In this document: positions 17,407 to 20,260 of the stretch, piece after piece
Numbering within the stretch: the stretch's first letter is position 1
Layout of the letters: every line of letters begins with the position of its first letter
Source of the DNA: Thermoproteaceae archaeon
Lineage (GTDB): Archaea; Thermoproteota; Thermoprotei; Thermoproteales; Thermoproteaceae
Assembly: GCA_020833025.1 (NCBI GenBank)
Contig: JAJHRB010000023.1
Span: 1 to 20,260, forward strand
Direction of reading: 5' to 3'
Length of the DNA stretch: 20,260 bases
The notes under the pieces: model-generated
Databases searched by the model: none
What the model was told of the DNA's origin: nothing
What the model saw: the letters and a program-made list of their open reading frames with translations, nothing else
Position numbers and translations under genes: made by a program

Positions 17407-18017
17407 CCACGTCCGGTGCCGTCAAGTGTCATGCGCAGTATCTCAACGGCGGTCTCCGCGGGCCCTGACAGAGAGGTGTCGATCTCGGTCGCTCCCAGCA
17501 CCCTTGCGAGCGCGTCGTAAAGCGCGTGCACTAGCGGCGCGCGCGGAGGGGCCGGGCCTCTCCTCCTGAGCTCGGCAACTTCGAGAGGCACGCGGAGGTA
17601 GACGGGAACGCAGTCCCGCGCGAGGGCTAGGGCGGCTCTTGCCCATACCGTCTTGAGGAATTTCGTGTCCGTGGTGGCGGCCACCCAGATGACGAGGTCC
17701 ACTAGGCATCTGTCGCCCACGACGTTGCGGGGGAGGGCGTAGCGGGCTATCCAGATGGGGAGCGCCGATAGGAACTCCAGGGCCCACCAGAGCCGGTACA
17801 GCGCGGGCGGCACGTCTATGCCGTAATACGGGTTCGACACGCCCTTTAGGCCGAGGCGCCTCATGGCGCGCGCCAGGAGGGAGGCGGCGGTGTGGGTTCC
17901 CCGCATCCAGGAGATCCGTGCCTTTATCCCCCTCCGCCGGAGGTAGGCCGCCAGGATCTTTGCCGCGGTGGTTTTGCCCGAGCCGTCCGGCCCGAATAGG
18001 CACACCTTCACGCGCAT
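17382..18017 (-). CDS. Thymidylate-kinase-like P-loop (NMP kinase fold) kinase; substrate unknown
   Basis: VCLFGPDGSGKTT (Walker A), VVGDRCLVD (TMK-type DR motif), VYLRVPLEVAELRRR (lid-like) and IDTS. Start is ATG 18017 or GTG 18011 (GTGA overlap with the upstream stop); the track start at 18110 overlaps the upstream gene. Confidence 0.8.
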   Translation of the reverse strand: MRVKVCLFGPDGSGKTTAAKILAAYLRRRGIKARISWMRGTHTAASLLARAMRRLGLKGVSNPYYGIDVPPALYRLWWALEFLSALPIWIARYALPRNVVGDRCLVDLVIWVAATTDTKFLKTVWARAALALARDCVPVYLRVPLEVAELRRRGPAPPRAPLVHALYDALARVLGATEIDTSLSGPAETAVEILRMTLDGTGRGCSTARAL

Positions 18018-18796
18018 AGCCGGGGGTCCAGGAGCCTCTTGGGGGCCTGCAGTAGGGAGGGCGCGAGGTCGGGGTGCGTGAGGGCTCTCTTCACGGCGTT
18101 GAGCGGCCACGTGGGTACGGGCCGCGGCGCCGGGGCTCTGCCCGCCAGCACGTCGCGCAAGGCGGCGAGGAAGTGCCCTGCGGCGTCAACGCACTTCCAC
18201 TCCCTGCACTTCTCCAGCGCCCCCTCCCGCCACCTCAGGTACGTGACAACGTCGTTTAGGGTGACCTCTCCCTCTTTGTACACGGCGTGTGCTATCGCGA
18301 GGGCTGTCTCGGCCGGCGGCCTCAGCGCTGGGAGCCTCACGCCGTGGAAGTTGGCCTCGCGGACCTCGCCGCGTAGCAACTCGGCGCGTAGGAAAACTAT
18401 GTTGCCCACCGACGGGTGGAGGTAGAGGTCGACGTTTATGCCGTTTTTCTTGAGGGTAATTGTGTAGGGCTCCTTTACGACGAGCTTGTACCCGCGCCTC
18501 ATGAGGGTCTCGGCGGCCTTCTTGGGGCGGCTCGTCAACACGTCGACATCCGCGGGGACGTATCTGACTGGCTTGACCAGCTTTATGAAGACATGTTCCA
18601 CATCTTTAAGCGCCTTGTGGACCTCGGCCGCCACTTCGGCCACTCTCTTCAGCTTTCTTTTCTCTGCCTCTGCAATTTCCGCGGCGTTTGTTTTCTCCGC
18701 AAATTCCAAGAGCACCTTGTTTCGCTCGGCGTGTCTCAAGAGCTCAGCTGTCGGCGCTGTTTCTGCGCCTAGCAGGATAGTGCGGAGTACTAGCAT
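18008..18796 (-). CDS. Pol-beta-superfamily nucleotidyltransferase (uncharacterised, NTP_transf_5-like)
   Basis: FIKLVKPVRYVPADVDVL (hhK..D-x-D), a third acidic residue in INVDLYLHP, and C-terminal ALAIAHAVYKE..TLND. Start ATG 18796 is preferred over 18835. Confidence 0.72.
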   Translation of the reverse strand: MLVLRTILLGAETAPTAELLRHAERNKVLLEFAEKTNAAEIAEAEKRKLKRVAEVAAEVHKALKDVEHVFIKLVKPVRYVPADVDVLTSRPKKAAETLMRRGYKLVVKEPYTITLKKNGINVDLYLHPSVGNIVFLRAELLRGEVREANFHGVRLPALRPPAETALAIAHAVYKEGEVTLNDVVTYLRWREGALEKCREWKCVDAAGHFLAALRDVLAGRAPAPRPVPTWPLNAVKRALTHPDLAPSLLQAPKRLLDPRLCA

Positions 18797-18813
18797 AGTG
18801 GTCCCATTGGGCT

Positions 18814-19905
18814 TCACTTCTCCTGCTTTTCCCACACCAGCTCTCTATTCCTAAGGTTCTTGACTGCGGCGACCATTAGGTAGAGCTGGGCGGCGGCCCA
18901 CGTCCGGTATGGCTTGAGGGCCAGTGCGGCCGCTCCGGCGGCCAGCAGGGCGAGGGCGGGCGGTGTGGCGGTCGCGGCGAGTGCAACGGCGGCGGCCGGG
19001 AGTAGCCAGGGATTGGCTAGATGGAGGTACTTCTCGGCCAGGAGGATGGGGCGCATGGGGGGCGGGGCCCTGCGTAGGGGCGCCCTCAGGAAGTGCTGGA
19101 TTAGGTGCTGGGCGCGCCTGATGCGCCACCTGTGGTAGCCGTTATGTGGCACGGCCTCGACGCACCATAGGCCCTCGGCGGCTACGGCGCGGTATCCCGT
19201 GAGGGCTATCAGCGTGGCCGTGTGGCTGTCGTCGGCGCCGATGTCGAGGGGGAATCCGCCGATCTTGCGCAGCAGCTCGGTGCGGTACGCGGCGAGCTCT
19301 CCGTGGAAGACGGGGGTTGCCCACTTCTTGCTTTCGGCAAGGCGCAGGACGTTGTAACGGTCGCGGTAGCCGGCCTCGACGCCTGCGGGCCCGTCGGCAG
19401 CTGGCCTCTTGAGGCAGGTGACGGCGCCTACAGCGGGGTCGGCCAGCCAGCTTACCGCACGTCGCAGCGCGTCTCTCTGCGGCCACCGGCAGTCCGCGTC
19501 TGTTATGACGAAGACCTCGCCCCGGGCCATGGCCAGCGCCGCGTTCAGGGCGGCGGCCTTTCCCCTCCTCTCCGGCTCCTCCACGACCTTGACGTCCACG
19601 TCAGGGTGCGCCTCGGCCCAGCGCCTGGCTTTCTCGGCCGTGCCGTCCCTGCTGGCGGAGTCCACTACGATTACCTCGAGCCTGTCGCGGGGGTAGTCCT
19701 GCCTGTATATGTCCTCCAGCTTCTCCTCTATGTGCCCTGCCTCGTTGTATGTGGGTATGGCGACCGTGACGGTGGGGGTGTGGGCGGGATCCGGCCTGAT
19801 GCGCCACGGCATCTTGAGCCACCTCTTGGCGGCGGCGTAGTAGGCTAGCGGCGCGCCGAAGTGCGCGGCGGCCAGCGCGGCGCCGAGGGCCGTCAGGGGG
19901 TCCAT
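18814..19905 (-). CDS. Membrane-anchored GT2, CESA/PgaC/IcaA-like (363 aa)
   Basis: From ATG 19905: an N-terminal TM segment (MDPLTALGAALAAAHFGAPLAYY), VTVAIPTYNE, VVDSASRDGT, GKAAALN, ITDADC, GEL, GADDS and RRAQHL, then C-terminal TM helices. The track extension to 20130 overlaps the protease gene and is spurious. Confidence 0.92.
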   Translation of the reverse strand: MDPLTALGAALAAAHFGAPLAYYAAAKRWLKMPWRIRPDPAHTPTVTVAIPTYNEAGHIEEKLEDIYRQDYPRDRLEVIVVDSASRDGTAEKARRWAEAHPDVDVKVVEEPERRGKAAALNAALAMARGEVFVITDADCRWPQRDALRRAVSWLADPAVGAVTCLKRPAADGPAGVEAGYRDRYNVLRLAESKKWATPVFHGELAAYRTELLRKIGGFPLDIGADDSHTATLIALTGYRAVAAEGLWCVEAVPHNGYHRWRIRRAQHLIQHFLRAPLRRAPPPMRPILLAEKYLHLANPWLLPAAAVALAATATPPALALLAAGAAALALKPYRTWAAAQLYLMVAAVKNLRNRELVWEKQEK

Positions 19906-19964
19906 GGGGCGGAGGCGCGCGCCAGTGCAGGGCCGGTTTCCCGGTAGCTTCTCTTCACCGGCTC

Positions 19965-20258
19965 TTAGAGTAGGTATGTTGGGGCTTCCTTCAGCTTCCC
20001 CGTGACTGGGTCTACTTCGAGGCCTAGGGTCTCCAGCGTCGTTGCGCCTATTAGCACGGTGTCTATGTCGTCCGACACGAGTATGTGCGTGTAGGCTCTC
20101 CTGCCCATGACCTCCACGACGCCCACGCACTCCTCGAGTTCCGCGATGCCCTTCGCCGTCATGACCCTCCTCCTGCCTATTACGGGCAGTTGGAGCCCCT
20201 CGGCGATTCTCCTTGGAACCACGGTTAGGGTGGCGCCCGTGTCAACAAGCGCTTTAGT
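19965..20258 (-). CDS. Clan AA (retropepsin-like) aspartic protease, 5' end outside the window
   Basis: Reading from the window edge: TKALVDTGATLTVVP (catalytic DTG) ... VLIGATTLETLGLEVDPVTGKL, the typical C-terminus of small single-domain archaeal aspartic proteases. Confidence 0.9.
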   Translation of the reverse strand, partial: TKALVDTGATLTVVPRRIAEGLQLPVIGRRRVMTAKGIAELEECVGVVEVMGRRAYTHILVSDDIDTVLIGATTLETLGLEVDPVTGKLKEAPTYLL

Positions 20259-20260
20259 GG

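Larger units (their letters stand above)
1..19905 (-). other. Co-directional surface glycan / exopolysaccharide biosynthesis gene cluster (continues beyond the left edge)
   Basis: Twenty consecutive minus-strand genes or pseudogenes with overlaps or gaps mostly under 40 bp, including 12 GT2/GT4 enzymes, 3 methyltransferase loci, a deacetylase and membrane/secreted proteins. Confidence 0.9.

Noticed and set aside
17382-18796. NTase + kinase pair as a toxin-antitoxin system (MNT/HEPN or MenAT-like)
   Set aside because: There is no HEPN R-x4-6-H partner, the NTase is much longer than MNT, the kinase is NMP-kinase fold, and the pair is embedded in a glycan operon. It is not formally excluded without profile searches.
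771-19848. Numerous plus-strand and alternate-frame ORFs in the track (e.g. 19222-19848, 2834-3292, 13647-14114, 17443-18003)
   Set aside because: They lie wholly within motif-bearing minus-strand genes, are Arg/Pro/Ser/Ala-rich, and have no recognisable motifs. They are shadow ORFs expected at high GC.
19906-19964. Possible promoter or terminator in the largest gap upstream of the cluster; weak CCGGT..ACCGG stem
   Set aside because: No TATA/BRE or poly-T is present, and a 5-bp stem is not significant.
19906-20130. 75-codon N-terminal extension of the CESA-like GT2, and similar extensions at 7735, 9363, 11135, 12294 and 18110
   Set aside because: They overlap upstream genes in another frame and are low-complexity; better starts exist next to the upstream stops.
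1-20260. tRNA, rRNA, CRISPR repeats, IS elements or transposases
   Set aside because: The window is almost fully occupied by coding sequence. I saw no spaced direct repeats, terminal inverted repeats, cloverleaf-like segments or transposase motifs.

Overview
This is a ~20 kb, entirely minus-strand, tightly packed surface-glycan/exopolysaccharide biosynthesis cluster. The protein families, GTG starts and GC-rich coding style suggest a thermophilic crenarchaeon (Thermoproteales/Thermofilales-like); that assignment is inferred. In transcription order (right to left) the genes are: partial clan AA aspartic protease; membrane-anchored CESA/PgaC-like GT2; Pol-beta-like nucleotidyltransferase; thymidylate-kinase-like P-loop kinase; decayed class I methyltransferase pseudogene; GT2; GT4; intact class I methyltransferase; 609-aa polytopic membrane protein (GT-C/Wzy-like candidate); divergent GT4-like protein; secreted beta-propeller-like protein; GT4; CE4 polysaccharide deacetylase; GT4; GT2; GT2; GT4; GT2; GT2; frameshifted FkbM methyltransferase; and a partial GT2 missed by the ORF track. 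That gives 7 GT2 and 5 GT4-type enzymes. Two of the three methyltransferases are broken, and GC content is strongly mosaic, with switches inside genes. I recognised no flippase, oligosaccharyltransferase, nucleotide-sugar synthesis genes, RNA genes, CRISPR arrays or mobile elements. The strongest candidates for undescribed biology are the coupled GT2 + nucleotidyltransferase + kinase (+ methyltransferase) module, and the membrane-protein / degenerate GT4 / secreted propeller / deacetylase block. All functional calls come from motif recognition only; no database searches were run.
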